This document shows positions 1 to 9,455 of a DNA stretch of 64,000 nucleotides, piece by piece. Position numbers and translations under genes: made by a program. The notes beneath the pieces were generated by a model. The model was not told the DNA's origin. It searched no databases and saw only the letters and a program-made list of their open reading frames with translations. Within the stretch, counting starts at the first letter, position 1. Every line of letters begins with the position of its first letter. The DNA is from an uncultured Chthoniobacter sp. (GTDB lineage Bacteria; Verrucomicrobiota; Verrucomicrobiia; Chthoniobacterales; Terrimicrobiaceae): NCBI GenBank assembly GCA_964600115.1, contig CAZRIL010000001.1, positions 42,810 to 106,809 on the forward strand. Direction: 5' to 3'.

Positions 1-1239
1 CAGCAGGCCAAAGCCGTGGGCTTCCTTGGTTCGGCCCGGGCTGCCGCCGGCGTGCTGGCATTTTTGATCATCGGATCCCTCGAGCGGTTTGTCGGGTGGA
101 GGGCTGCCTTCGGCCTTCTCATCATTCATGCATTGGCGATTCTCATTCTGAGCTACAAGCTGAAACCTTCCCACGGACGCCCGGAGGTTAAAATCGACAT
201 CATCGGCGTCATTCTGGCAGCCAGCGGCATCATTATTCTCACGCTGGGCGTGAACAATATCCGGAACTGGGGAATCTTCCTTGCCGGACCGAATGCCCCG
301 TTCGAGCTTCTCGGGCTCTCGCCGGCACCGCTCATGTTCTGTGCCGGAGTGATTCTTATCTCGGCCTTTCTCGCATGGACCCGCAAACGCGAGGTGGACG
401 GCAGGACGCCGCTGTTTGCATTGCAGGTCATAGAGTCGCCGAAGGAGCGGGCCGCGGTGCTGGCCATGTTCACAATTGTCGCCATGGAAGCTGCGCTGAA
501 CTTCTCCGTGCCGCTCTACATCCAAATTGTTCAGGGCCGGAGCGCATTCGACACGGCGATCGCGATGATGCCATTCAACCTGTCCGTGTTCTTCACCGCC
601 TTTTTGGTGGTCAAGCTTTACGACCGGTTCTCGCCTAAACAGATCGCGAGGTATGGATTCCTTCTTGCAGCCGCCGGCGCCTACTGGCTCACATTTGTGG
701 TCACGAATAACTGGAGTTCGTTTCCGGTTCTGATCGGACTCGTCACGTTCGGTGTCGGCCAGGGTGCCCTGGTCACTTTGTTGTTCAACGTCCTTGTGAC
801 CTCCTCGCCCAAGGAGCTGGCGGCGGACGTGGGGTCCTTGCGCGGAACTGCCAACAACCTGGCGGCGTCCATGGGCACTGCCCTGATGGGCGCACTGGTT
901 GTCGGGATCCTGAGCGCCGGAGTGATGAAGGCGATTACAGCCAACCCGGTTCTCACCCCCGAGCTGACATCCCAACTCAATCTCGACAACATCAACTTCC
1001 TCAGCAACGAGCGCCTGGCCGAGCGCCTCAAACAGACAACCGCATCGCCCGGGCAGATCGAGCAAGGCCTCGCTGTGAACGAAGCAGCCCGCCTCCGCGC
1101 GTTGCAGGTGGCATTTTTTGTTCTCGGCTCGCTGGCGCTGCTGTCGATCTTCCCGTGCGGCCGCCTGCCTGACTATCGACCGGGAGAAATTCCGGAGGAG
1201 GATGAGCTCGCGCATTCGACGGACCCCAAACCCGCCTGA
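1..1239 (+). CDS. MFS transporter, C-terminal portion (5' end lies outside the window)
   Basis: The frame is open from base 1 into ORF 16..1239. The product is a series of hydrophobic helices (LLIIHALAILIL, IIGVILAASGIIILTLGV, FVLGSLALLSIF) separated by short charged loops, as in the second half of 14-TMS MFS proteins. Family assigned from this pattern only. Confidence 0.7.
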   Translation, partial: QQAKAVGFLGSARAAAGVLAFLIIGSLERFVGWRAAFGLLIIHALAILILSYKLKPSHGRPEVKIDIIGVILAASGIIILTLGVNNIRNWGIFLAGPNAPFELLGLSPAPLMFCAGVILISAFLAWTRKREVDGRTPLFALQVIESPKERAAVLAMFTIVAMEAALNFSVPLYIQIVQGRSAFDTAIAMMPFNLSVFFTAFLVVKLYDRFSPKQIARYGFLLAAAGAYWLTFVVTNNWSSFPVLIGLVTFGVGQGALVTLLFNVLVTSSPKELAADVGSLRGTANNLAASMGTALMGALVVGILSAGVMKAITANPVLTPELTSQLNLDNINFLSNERLAERLKQTTASPGQIEQGLAVNEAARLRALQVAFFVLGSLALLSIFPCGRLPDYRPGEIPEEDELAHSTDPKPA

Positions 1240-1247
1240 TAACCGCC

Positions 1248-2585
1248 ATGACGAGTTTACGGTATTTTGGAGCAGGTCTGGTTGCTGTGGCCGGTCTGAC
1301 GCTTTTGAGTTTCCGCACCGAAGCGGCGGACCCCGGTGGGAAAGAGTCCTCCACACCGGAAGCCACGCCCGTCCCGCACGCCGTGCCCACGATTCATCAG
1401 ATCGAATCCTCAAATCTGGACTCCGATCTGTCCCCCGGGGAATCCACGACAGTCACCCCGGCGGAACTCGATGAGATCTATGCGCCGCAAAGCGGGTATC
1501 TCGAATCCTTGGGCGTTCGCTCTCCGCTCCGATACCTCGTTGACCCTCTGGATGAGTTGTATAACAAGACCGGCCTGAGGATCGGCGTCGCGAACACCAT
1601 GCTTTTTCTGCAGCCGATGGGCGGGCAAAGCTCGCGCTACGGTGCAGCGGGCGACCTGGATCTCATGTCCTCATGGACGCTGATCGGCCGCGGCACCGAG
1701 GACACCGGACGCCTGGTCTTCACCGGGGAATACCGCTACCAGATCGGAGCCCAGCCGCCCTCGCTCGTGGGTGGTCAGGTCGGTACCCTAGTTGCGCCGA
1801 CCGGCACTTTCAATGACCGCGGATGGGTCGTCCGCGATGCCTATTGGATCCAGCGGCTTTTCGATGCCAAAGTCCGCATCCTTTTCGGGCGGGCCGACAT
1901 CTCGGACTACATGGGTTCCCATTGGCTGCAAAACGTGAATAATTCTTTCATCAACCGGAACTTTTCCGCAAATGCCGCGATCCCGTTTCCGGGGCACGGG
2001 CCGATGCTGGGAATCTCAATCCGGCCGACCGACCAGTTCTACCTGACCGCCGGCGCGATCAATGCCTACAGCGACTCGACGCTCCCGGAAATCAGTTCGG
2101 TATTTGAAGAGTGGGACTTTTTCACGATGGCGGAAGTCGGCTACACTCCGACATTCCAAAGCCTCGGAGCCGGCCGCTATGCCTTTGCGATGTGGCACAT
2201 GGACGCGCGCAGCCGGGACAACCTTCCTTCGGACTATGGCATGACCTTTATTGCCGACCAGAACCTCACAGAGAACCTTCAGGTTTTCGCACGGTATTCT
2301 TATGCGGATGGGACTCTCGTCAACATCAAGAACAGCGCCCAAGTGGGATTTGGTTATAGCGGGCTCTTCGGCCGGACCAACGATCTCACCGGTGCCGCCT
2401 TCGCGTTCACATTTCCCCAGCGGACCACCACCCGGAACGAAACCGTTCTCGAAGTCTTCCACCGTTTCCAAGTGGCCGAAAACAGCCAGTTTTCTGTCGG
2501 ATTTCAGGTGATTGCCACTCCCGGAAATGCCGTCGAGACTGAGGCGGCCGGAATGTTTTACATGAGGCTGCGGACCTCGTTCTGA
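1248..2585 (+). CDS. Outer-membrane beta-barrel porin (possibly OprB-like carbohydrate porin)
   Basis: Signal peptide MTSLRYFGAGLVAVAGLTLLSFRTEAA. The sequence is G/Y/F-rich with an alternating pattern and ends in ...YMRLRTSF with a terminal Phe, as in OM barrels. The OprB assignment is recollection only. Confidence 0.55.
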   Translation: MTSLRYFGAGLVAVAGLTLLSFRTEAADPGGKESSTPEATPVPHAVPTIHQIESSNLDSDLSPGESTTVTPAELDEIYAPQSGYLESLGVRSPLRYLVDPLDELYNKTGLRIGVANTMLFLQPMGGQSSRYGAAGDLDLMSSWTLIGRGTEDTGRLVFTGEYRYQIGAQPPSLVGGQVGTLVAPTGTFNDRGWVVRDAYWIQRLFDAKVRILFGRADISDYMGSHWLQNVNNSFINRNFSANAAIPFPGHGPMLGISIRPTDQFYLTAGAINAYSDSTLPEISSVFEEWDFFTMAEVGYTPTFQSLGAGRYAFAMWHMDARSRDNLPSDYGMTFIADQNLTENLQVFARYSYADGTLVNIKNSAQVGFGYSGLFGRTNDLTGAAFAFTFPQRTTTRNETVLEVFHRFQVAENSQFSVGFQVIATPGNAVETEAAGMFYMRLRTSF

Positions 2586-2648
2586 TGCGAATGCCCGTTG
2601 GCCGCCTTTCGATCCGCAAACAAAATTTTCTTTAACCCTTATTTTATT

Positions 2649-4202
2649 ATGGAAGCGACTCAGACAAACGATGGATTGATGAAGCGGGTTCTGGACCTTG
2701 TCGAGAAGGCCGGAAACAAGGTTCCGCATCCGGCGATGATCTTTTTGTCGCTCATGGTTGTCGTCATCCTGCTCTCGCATGTTATGCACCTCTTCGGCGC
2801 ATCGGTGACCCAGCAGGTGATCGATCCTGTGACTGACAAAATTCGAACGGACACGGTTGCGGCCCGCAGCCTTCTCACGACCGAGGGGATTCGGTTCATC
2901 TACGCATCGGTCATCCCGAACTTCATGGGATTCACTGCGGTGGGACTCATCATTGTGGCGATGGTCGGGGTTGGCGTGGCTGAGGCCTCCGGCCTGATCA
3001 AAGCACTCATCCGCAAGCTGGTGGCCGTTTCGCCCGGGTGGGCGATCGCCTACATCCTGGTTTTTGTGGGCATTGTATCCAGCATCGCCGCAGATGCCGG
3101 GTATCTCGTTCTGATCCCCCTGGCAGGTTCCGCGTTCCTGAGCGTCGGACGCCATCCGCTGGCAGGACTGGCAGCGGGCTTTGCCGCAGTCGCCGGGGCG
3201 TTCACGGTGAACATGCTCATCAAGCCGCTCGATGCCGTTCTTACCGAGTTCACAAACGACGCCATCCACCTGGTGAACCCCTCCCTCTCGATTGATCTGA
3301 CTGCGAACCTCTGGTTTTCAATCGCATCCGTCATCGTGCTGACAGTGGCGATCACGTTCATCACGGAGCGGGTGATTGAGCCGAGGTTGGGAAAATACGA
3401 GGCGGATAATGCTGGCGACCTGACTGCGACTCCTGACACCGCGGAGGCTGAAACGCTGGGTGACGAGTCCCGCGGGCTCAAGTTCGCAGGTGTCGGGCTG
3501 GTTGCCGTCCTTGTTCTTCTGGGATTTCTGACCATCGGTTCCGGGGCGGCGTTGCGCAATCCGGAGACCGGCGCATTGATCGGGAACTCGCCCTTCATGA
3601 ACGGGTTGATCGCGGTGATCATGGTGCTTTTTCTGGTCGCAGGTGCCGCCTACGGGTTCGGGGCCCGGACCATGAAGAACAGCACCGATGTCATCAAGGC
3701 GATGGAGAAGGCGATCTCAGGTCTCGGCAGCCTTATCCTGCTGCTCTTCATCCTCAGCCAGTTCATCGCCTACTTCAACTACAGCAACATCGGCACGATC
3801 CTGGCCGTGTCGATGGCCGACGTGCTGAAGTCCGCCAGCGTCCCGCCCCTGCTGCTGTTGCTCGGATTTATCCTGGTTGTCAGCCTCATCGATTTGCTGA
3901 TCTCAGGAGCGATCGCAAAGTGGGCGCTCTTCGCGCCCATCTTCGTGCCGCTGCTCGTCCAATTGGGCGTGGCTCCCGAGGCGGTGCTCGCGGCTTACCG
4001 GGTTGCGGATTCGCCGATCAACGTCATCACCCCGCTGAATGCCTATTTTGCCCTGATCGTCGTCTTCGCCCAGAAATACGACACGAAGGCCGGAGTCGGA
4101 ACGATCGTGGCCTTGATGATCCCTTATGTCATTGCGCTCTACGCCGTCTGGACAATCCTCTTCGTCGCATGGTTCCTGCTGGGGCTGCCATGGGGGTTGT
4201 GA
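2649..4202 (+). CDS. AbgT family transporter (p-aminobenzoyl-glutamate transporter-like)
   Basis: N-terminus MEATQTNDGLMKRVLDLVEKAGNKVPHPAMIFLSLMVVVILLSH followed by many TM helices is typical of AbgT/MtrF proteins. ATG at 2649 preferred over the TTG at 2598 used by the ORF track. Confidence 0.8.
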   Translation: MEATQTNDGLMKRVLDLVEKAGNKVPHPAMIFLSLMVVVILLSHVMHLFGASVTQQVIDPVTDKIRTDTVAARSLLTTEGIRFIYASVIPNFMGFTAVGLIIVAMVGVGVAEASGLIKALIRKLVAVSPGWAIAYILVFVGIVSSIAADAGYLVLIPLAGSAFLSVGRHPLAGLAAGFAAVAGAFTVNMLIKPLDAVLTEFTNDAIHLVNPSLSIDLTANLWFSIASVIVLTVAITFITERVIEPRLGKYEADNAGDLTATPDTAEAETLGDESRGLKFAGVGLVAVLVLLGFLTIGSGAALRNPETGALIGNSPFMNGLIAVIMVLFLVAGAAYGFGARTMKNSTDVIKAMEKAISGLGSLILLLFILSQFIAYFNYSNIGTILAVSMADVLKSASVPPLLLLLGFILVVSLIDLLISGAIAKWALFAPIFVPLLVQLGVAPEAVLAAYRVADSPINVITPLNAYFALIVVFAQKYDTKAGVGTIVALMIPYVIALYAVWTILFVAWFLLGLPWGL

Positions 4203-4241
4203 CTTCCGGCGGCTACCCTTGTCCTGCTGGCAGGCTCATTT

Positions 4242-5561
4242 ATGCTGACACCTGAATTCCCTCAACCCGATCAGCAGGTCATAAAGCCCACCAGGGACGC
4301 CACCGAGCTTCTGGAGTTTTTGTTCCGGCTTGGGCAGGGCTATATTGCCTGCGGAGAGCAGACTGCGAAGGTGGAACTCCTCCTTCGCCGCATCGCCGCA
4401 GCCTATGGGATGCGAAAGTCGCGGGTGGTCGCCTTTCCGACAGCGATTTTTATTTCGCTTCATGACAGCACCGGTGAGCGGGTGACTCTGGCCGACTGCC
4501 AGTCGCAAACTCTGCGCCTGGATCAAATGGCGGACATCTACGCATTGGGCGACGCCGCCCAGGGCGGCTTGCTGGAACTCAAGGACGGCTTGCAGCGCAT
4601 TGCCGCCATTCGACGCCAAAAGGCCCGCTTCGGAAGTGTGGGAGTCGTGGTGGGCCACTCTGTTCTGAGCGTGGGGTTGGCTATTGTCTTGATGCCGACA
4701 CCAGTCAACCTGGCAACCGCCGCTGTGCTGGGATTTGTGGTGGGGCTGATCAAACTTGCTAGCGCCGGACGCAGTGTCCTCTCCGTGCCGCTTCCAGTGG
4801 TGACATCAACCGCCGTCTCCTCCCTCGTTTTCCTGGCGATCCGCTATGGCCTCCCCATCGATCCGCTCCATGCCCTCATCCCTCCTCTGGTGACATTCCT
4901 GCCCGGGGGTATGTTGACCTTGGGAATGGTGGAGTTGGCGTATGGCGATATGGTCAGCGGAGCCAGTCGCCTGACCTCCGGTTTTGTTCAGCTTGTGCTG
5001 CTGGCATTTGGCTTGGGAATCGGTGCCGCGCTGACCGGGTATTTCCCAGAAGATCTCGTTTACTCGGCGGGCCTCTACGTGAATCTGCCGTGGGCACCCT
5101 GGGCCGGGGTCCTGGTTTTCGGCCTGGGCGTCTACTTTCACTTTTCCGGCCCTCGGAATTCTCTTCAGTGGTTGCTCCTGGTTTTGTTTCTTGCCTTCGC
5201 TGCGCAACGGTTGGCGGTAGGTCTCGTCGGCAGCGAGATCAGCGGCTTTTTTGGAACTCTTGTGGCGACGCCCGTCGCTTATCTCATCGAGATGAAATTC
5301 CGAGGTCCTCCTGCCGCTGTCACGTTTCTCCCGAGTTTCTGGCTGCTTGTGCCGGGATCGCTCGGGCTGTTGAGCGTGACCCGGATGATGAGCGACCGGG
5401 CGGCGGGTATAGACGGGTTGATAACCGTGATTTTTGTCATCGCCTCCGTGGCGCTGGGAACCCTCGTCGGCGCCTCGCTCTATCGATGGTTTACCGAAAG
5501 CTTCAGTGTTTGGGGGCTGCAAGTTGGCCGGGTTGCGACCTTTTTCCGAGGCGCAAAATAA
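4242..5561 (+). CDS. Threonine/serine exporter family protein (ThrE-like, fused DUF1212/DUF3815 type)
   Basis: Soluble-looking N-terminal segment ELLEFLFRLGQGYIACGEQTAKVELLLRRIAAAYGM followed by about 10 TM helices. This architecture matches ThrE/YjjP-YjjB-type proteins. Confidence 0.7.
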   Translation: MLTPEFPQPDQQVIKPTRDATELLEFLFRLGQGYIACGEQTAKVELLLRRIAAAYGMRKSRVVAFPTAIFISLHDSTGERVTLADCQSQTLRLDQMADIYALGDAAQGGLLELKDGLQRIAAIRRQKARFGSVGVVVGHSVLSVGLAIVLMPTPVNLATAAVLGFVVGLIKLASAGRSVLSVPLPVVTSTAVSSLVFLAIRYGLPIDPLHALIPPLVTFLPGGMLTLGMVELAYGDMVSGASRLTSGFVQLVLLAFGLGIGAALTGYFPEDLVYSAGLYVNLPWAPWAGVLVFGLGVYFHFSGPRNSLQWLLLVLFLAFAAQRLAVGLVGSEISGFFGTLVATPVAYLIEMKFRGPPAAVTFLPSFWLLVPGSLGLLSVTRMMSDRAAGIDGLITVIFVIASVALGTLVGASLYRWFTESFSVWGLQVGRVATFFRGAK

Positions 5562-5595
5562 CCCGCCGTCTTTTCGTCTCTTAAAAAAGCCGGGC

Positions 5596-6972
5596 TCAGA
5601 CCGCAGCCGCGAGTTCCGGCCAAAGGTGCGCCGCCATTTTCATCCCGGCCATGTATGCATCGAGCGAGAATTTCTCGTCGGGTGAATGTGCGTTGTCATC
5701 CGGAAGCGCGAGACCGAGCATGAGCGAATCAGCTTTCAGATATTTCTTGAATGCCGCGATAATCGGTATGCTCCCGCCGCCGCGGGCAAGGAGGCATTCC
5801 TGGCCGAACCCGAGTTTCGCTGCGCGCATGCAGGCCTGCGCGAGAGGTCCCGTGGGATCCACCATGTATGGTCCGCCGCCCTGACCCTCTGTGATGGTGA
5901 GTTTGACCGTCGGAGGGCAGATCGCCTTCAGATGCTTCTTCACGAGCGCGATGATTTTCTCCGGATCCTGGTCCGGAACGAGCCGCATCGTGATCTTCGC
6001 GCTCGCCCAGGAGGGGACGATCGTTTTTCCGCCCTCTCCCTGATACCCGCTGGTGAGGCCGTTGATTTCAAACGTGGGCCTCGCGGCGCGCTGTTCATCC
6101 GGGGTGTATCCGGCCTCACCGAAAAGCGCCGACACGCCAACGGATTTACGGAACTTCGCCTCGTTGAACGGCACTTTCGCCATTTGCTTCCGCTCATAGG
6201 CCGAGAGCTTCACCACGTCATCGTAAAAGCCGGGAATCGTGACGCCCCCGCGTTTGTTGCGAAGCGAACCGAGCATCTGACAGAGGACCATCGCCGGGTT
6301 GTCCACCGCACCGCCAAAGAGGCCGGAGTGCAGGTCGCGGTCCGGCCCGTCGAGCCGGATTTCGATTGGTGCCATTCCCCGGAGCGAGTAGCAGAGCGCG
6401 GGGTGCTTCATGCTCGGGATTTCGGTGTCCGAGACCACAAGAGCTTTACACGCGAGTTCCCTGGCATGCTTCGGGAGAAACCCGTAGAGCGCCTTGGAGC
6501 CGACCTCCTCCTCGCCCTCGATCAGGAAATTCACGTTGCAGGGCAGTTCGCTGCCGGTCTTCAGCCACGCTTCTACAGCGTTGATGTGGGCAAGGTGCTG
6601 CCCCTTATTGTCGCTGATGCCGCGGGCATAGACATTGCGTCCGACACGGCGCGGTTCGAACGGTGGCGATGTCCAGAGTTCGAGCGGTTCCGGCGGCTGC
6701 ACGTCGTAGTGGCCATAAACCAGAAACGTCGGCTTTTTCGGATCCGGTTTCGGCGTCCTCGCGATCACCACCGGGTAGCCGCTGGTCTTGCAGATTTCAG
6801 CCTTCAGGCCGGCCTTCCCGCACCGGTCGACGAGCCACTCCGCACAGAGCCGCATGTCACGGGCATGGTCCGACTGGGCGCTGATGCTGGGAATTCTTGT
6901 GTAGGCAAAGAGTTCGTCGATGAAGCGCTCTTCGTTGCTGGCAAGGTATTTGAGGACAGTCTCCGGGGTCAT
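5596..6972 (-). CDS. M20 family metallopeptidase (dipeptidase-like)
   Basis: M20 metal-binding motifs GHYDVQP, ISDNKG and EGEEEVGS. Start placed at MTPETVLKYL (ATG, minus strand, 6972). The ORF track extends to 7011. Confidence 0.85.
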   Translation of the reverse strand: MTPETVLKYLASNEERFIDELFAYTRIPSISAQSDHARDMRLCAEWLVDRCGKAGLKAEICKTSGYPVVIARTPKPDPKKPTFLVYGHYDVQPPEPLELWTSPPFEPRRVGRNVYARGISDNKGQHLAHINAVEAWLKTGSELPCNVNFLIEGEEEVGSKALYGFLPKHARELACKALVVSDTEIPSMKHPALCYSLRGMAPIEIRLDGPDRDLHSGLFGGAVDNPAMVLCQMLGSLRNKRGGVTIPGFYDDVVKLSAYERKQMAKVPFNEAKFRKSVGVSALFGEAGYTPDEQRAARPTFEINGLTSGYQGEGGKTIVPSWASAKITMRLVPDQDPEKIIALVKKHLKAICPPTVKLTITEGQGGGPYMVDPTGPLAQACMRAAKLGFGQECLLARGGGSIPIIAAFKKYLKADSLMLGLALPDDNAHSPDEKFSLDAYMAGMKMAAHLWPELAAAV

Positions 6973-7187
6973 ATTGTGAAAACTTATGAAACGACGTGCG
7001 CTTGCGGGCAATCCAATTGTTGTCGCCGCCAGAAAATAGGAGCGGTCCCCAAACCTCTTTCACGAGCAGGAGAGCGCCGGCTGGATAAATGGGACCCAAC
7101 TCTGGATTTTTGACTGCTCGCCCCCACTTTGACCACGCCAGTGCGCGTGTTCGAGTCCAACTTTCTATTGCATTCGGTCATAAAATC

Positions 7188-7199
7188 GTGAATATTCAC
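7188..7199. promoter_or_regulatory. Palindromic site GTGAATATTCAC
   Basis: Perfect 12-bp palindrome of the recurrent family G[GT]GAA[CT][GA]TTC[CA]C, in the 390-bp divergent region between the M20 peptidase and GH42 genes. Confidence 0.4.
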
Positions 7200-7403
7200 G
7201 GTCAGCCGTTCTCCTCCATAGTTAGAACCATGAAAACCATTCATTTCCACTGGGACTGATACTTTGAAGTTTACTTCGGCTTTGTTTTTTTTGTGACATT
7301 ATATTATGAGATGCCTCGGAGCCTGCCCCGGCGCATTTTCCGGCAGATCCCGGTCTGCTTCTGAGGGTTCGGATGTGTGCTCCTTGTGATCCATGATTGA
7401 ATT

Positions 7404-9455
7404 GTGAATCTCCACTATGAAAAATCCAACCGTCCCGTGATCATTCACGGTGGAGATTACAACCCCGACCAGTGGCTTGGGCAGCCGGAAGTCCTCGGCA
7501 AGGATTTCGATTTGATGAAAGCCGCTCACATCAACACGGTGACGGTTGGCGTGTTTGCGTGGGCAGCCTTGGAACCCGAGGAGGGGCGGTATGAATTTGC
7601 TTGGCTGGATGATGTCTTCGACCGCGCGGAGAGGCAAAATTTCCGGGTCATCCTGGCGACGCCCAGCGGAGGGAAGCCGAACTGGCTGGCGCTGAAATAT
7701 CCGGAGGTGCGGCGGGTAGGGACGGATGGCCTGCGTGAGCCCCAGCAGAGGCGGCACAATCACTGCCTGACGTCGCCCGTTTACCGGGGCAAGGTGCGGG
7801 AAATCAATTCCCGCCTTGCTCAGCGCTATGGAAAACGACCCTCGCTTTCACTGTGGCATGTCTCGAATGAATACCTCGGCTACTGCTACTGCGACCTCTG
7901 CATGGCGGCATTTCAAGGGTGGCTGCGGGAGCGCTACCGGACACTCGACAAGCTCAACGACGCCTACTGGTCACGGTTCTGGAGCCATACGTTCACCGGG
8001 TGGGACCAGATCCGCACGATTGACGACAGCGTCAATGCGCTGAGCCTCGACTGGAAGCGGTTCATGACGGAACAATGCGCCGGCTTTCTCCGGGCCGAGG
8101 CCGCCCCGCTCCGCGAGCACTCCCCGGGGATCCCGATCACGACGAATTTCCATCCGATCGACCACTACGATCTCATCCGCCTGGCGGAGGAGGTCGATGT
8201 GGTAAGCTGGGACAGCTATCCGGACTGGCACGCGAATCCGGACGGGGTGGACGAATCCGCCACCGCGCTTGAGACGGCTTTTCGATTGGACATGTGTCGC
8301 GGAATGAAAGCCGGGAAGCCCTTCCTCCTCATGGAATGCACGCCGAGCCAGATCAACTGGCGAGGGGTTTCTCCGCTCCGCCGTCCGGGCATGCTCCGCC
8401 TGAGCAGCCTGCAAGCTGTCGCGCATGGCTCTGATGCCGTCTGCTACTTTCAGATCCGCAAGGGCCGGGGCGGCTCGGAAAAATTCCACGGCGCGGTCAT
8501 CGACCACGCCGGGCAGGCCGGGACGAGGGTCTTCCGCGAGGTGGCGGCACTGGGGATAACACTGGAAAACCTGTCGGGAGTGATCGGGGCCCGGGTGCCC
8601 GCAAAGGTTGCTCTGGTTTTTGATTGGGAAAATTACTGGGCGCTCCGGGGGGCGGGCATGCCGCAAAATGCCCACAAGGAATATATCGAGACCTGCCTGT
8701 CCCATTACCGGCCGTTTTGGAAGCGCGGGATCGCGGTGGATATCATCCACGCCCGCGCCGGTCTTTCCGGATACAATCTGGTCCTGCTCCCGATGCTTTA
8801 TCTTGTGCCGGATGGAATGCCCGAACGGCTCTCCGCCTTTGTAAAAAATGGGGGGGCGGTCGTCGGAACCTACCAAACCGGTTATGTCAACGAGACAGAT
8901 CTCTGCTTTCAAGGAGGCGCACCGGGTCCGCTGAGCCGGGTTCTGGGAATCCGCGTCGAGGAATTCGATGCGCTCCCGGATTCTGCGAGGCGTCCCGTCA
9001 TCCCCCGGCCCGCTGCGGGCCACGGACTCAGCGGCGCTTACGAGGCCAGGCATTTCCTGGATATCGTCCATTGCGAAGGCGCGGAGACGCTTGCGGAATA
9101 TGGAGCGGATTTCTACGCAGGTGCTCCTGCCCTGACAGTCAATTCATTCGGTGACGGACGCGCGTATTACATTTCCTCCCGGAATGACGACCGGTTTCAG
9201 GACGATTTTATCGAGCACCTCTCGAGGGATCTCCAACTGCCTCGCGCAGTCTCCGACACCCTCCCGCCGGGAGTGACCGCGCATCTGCGCAAGAATGGCA
9301 GCGAACAATTTCTTTTTATTCTGAACTTCACCCATCACGACACGTCGGTTTCCCTTCCGGCCGGGTCGTGGTGCGATGCTGATACTGGCAAAGCAGCAGG
9401 CCCGGCTTCTCCTCTCGCCGCCCTTGGATCAAAGATTTTCCGGTCAACACTATGA
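7404..9455 (+). CDS. Beta-galactosidase, glycoside hydrolase family 42
   Basis: GGDYNPDQW near the N-terminus, acid/base region WHVSNEY and nucleophile region LLMECTPSQINW are the GH42 hallmarks. Start is either GTG 7404 or in-frame GTG 7437. Confidence 0.9.
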   Translation: MNLHYEKSNRPVIIHGGDYNPDQWLGQPEVLGKDFDLMKAAHINTVTVGVFAWAALEPEEGRYEFAWLDDVFDRAERQNFRVILATPSGGKPNWLALKYPEVRRVGTDGLREPQQRRHNHCLTSPVYRGKVREINSRLAQRYGKRPSLSLWHVSNEYLGYCYCDLCMAAFQGWLRERYRTLDKLNDAYWSRFWSHTFTGWDQIRTIDDSVNALSLDWKRFMTEQCAGFLRAEAAPLREHSPGIPITTNFHPIDHYDLIRLAEEVDVVSWDSYPDWHANPDGVDESATALETAFRLDMCRGMKAGKPFLLMECTPSQINWRGVSPLRRPGMLRLSSLQAVAHGSDAVCYFQIRKGRGGSEKFHGAVIDHAGQAGTRVFREVAALGITLENLSGVIGARVPAKVALVFDWENYWALRGAGMPQNAHKEYIETCLSHYRPFWKRGIAVDIIHARAGLSGYNLVLLPMLYLVPDGMPERLSAFVKNGGAVVGTYQTGYVNETDLCFQGGAPGPLSRVLGIRVEEFDALPDSARRPVIPRPAAGHGLSGAYEARHFLDIVHCEGAETLAEYGADFYAGAPALTVNSFGDGRAYYISSRNDDRFQDDFIEHLSRDLQLPRAVSDTLPPGVTAHLRKNGSEQFLFILNFTHHDTSVSLPAGSWCDADTGKAAGPASPLAALGSKIFRSTL

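Noticed and set aside
2016-3269. Long antisense or alternative-frame ORFs throughout the window, for example 2016..3269(-), 5686..7113(+), 7971..9071(-), 11501..13081(-), 17583..18806(-), 19006..20076(-), 20530..21531(-), 22973..24022(-), 34331..35827(+), 37192..38421(-), 41035..42228(-), 44732..45733(-), 51148..51972(-) and 59754..60869(+).
   Set aside because: Each lies opposite or out of frame to a gene with recognisable family motifs. The products are Arg/Gly/Pro-rich with no motifs, as expected for stop-codon-poor shadow frames in high-GC DNA.
7085-7165. tRNA/tmRNA-like fragments: GTTCGAGTCC (T-loop-like) at about 7149, and GGGACCCAACTCTGGATTTTTGAC, which resembles a tmRNA 5' end.
   Set aside because: The flanks of the T-loop-like sequence (GCGTG / CCAAC) do not pair. 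No acceptor stem or CCA end can be built. The spacing of about 60 nt is far too short for tmRNA. Most likely chance resemblance, or at best a decayed remnant.
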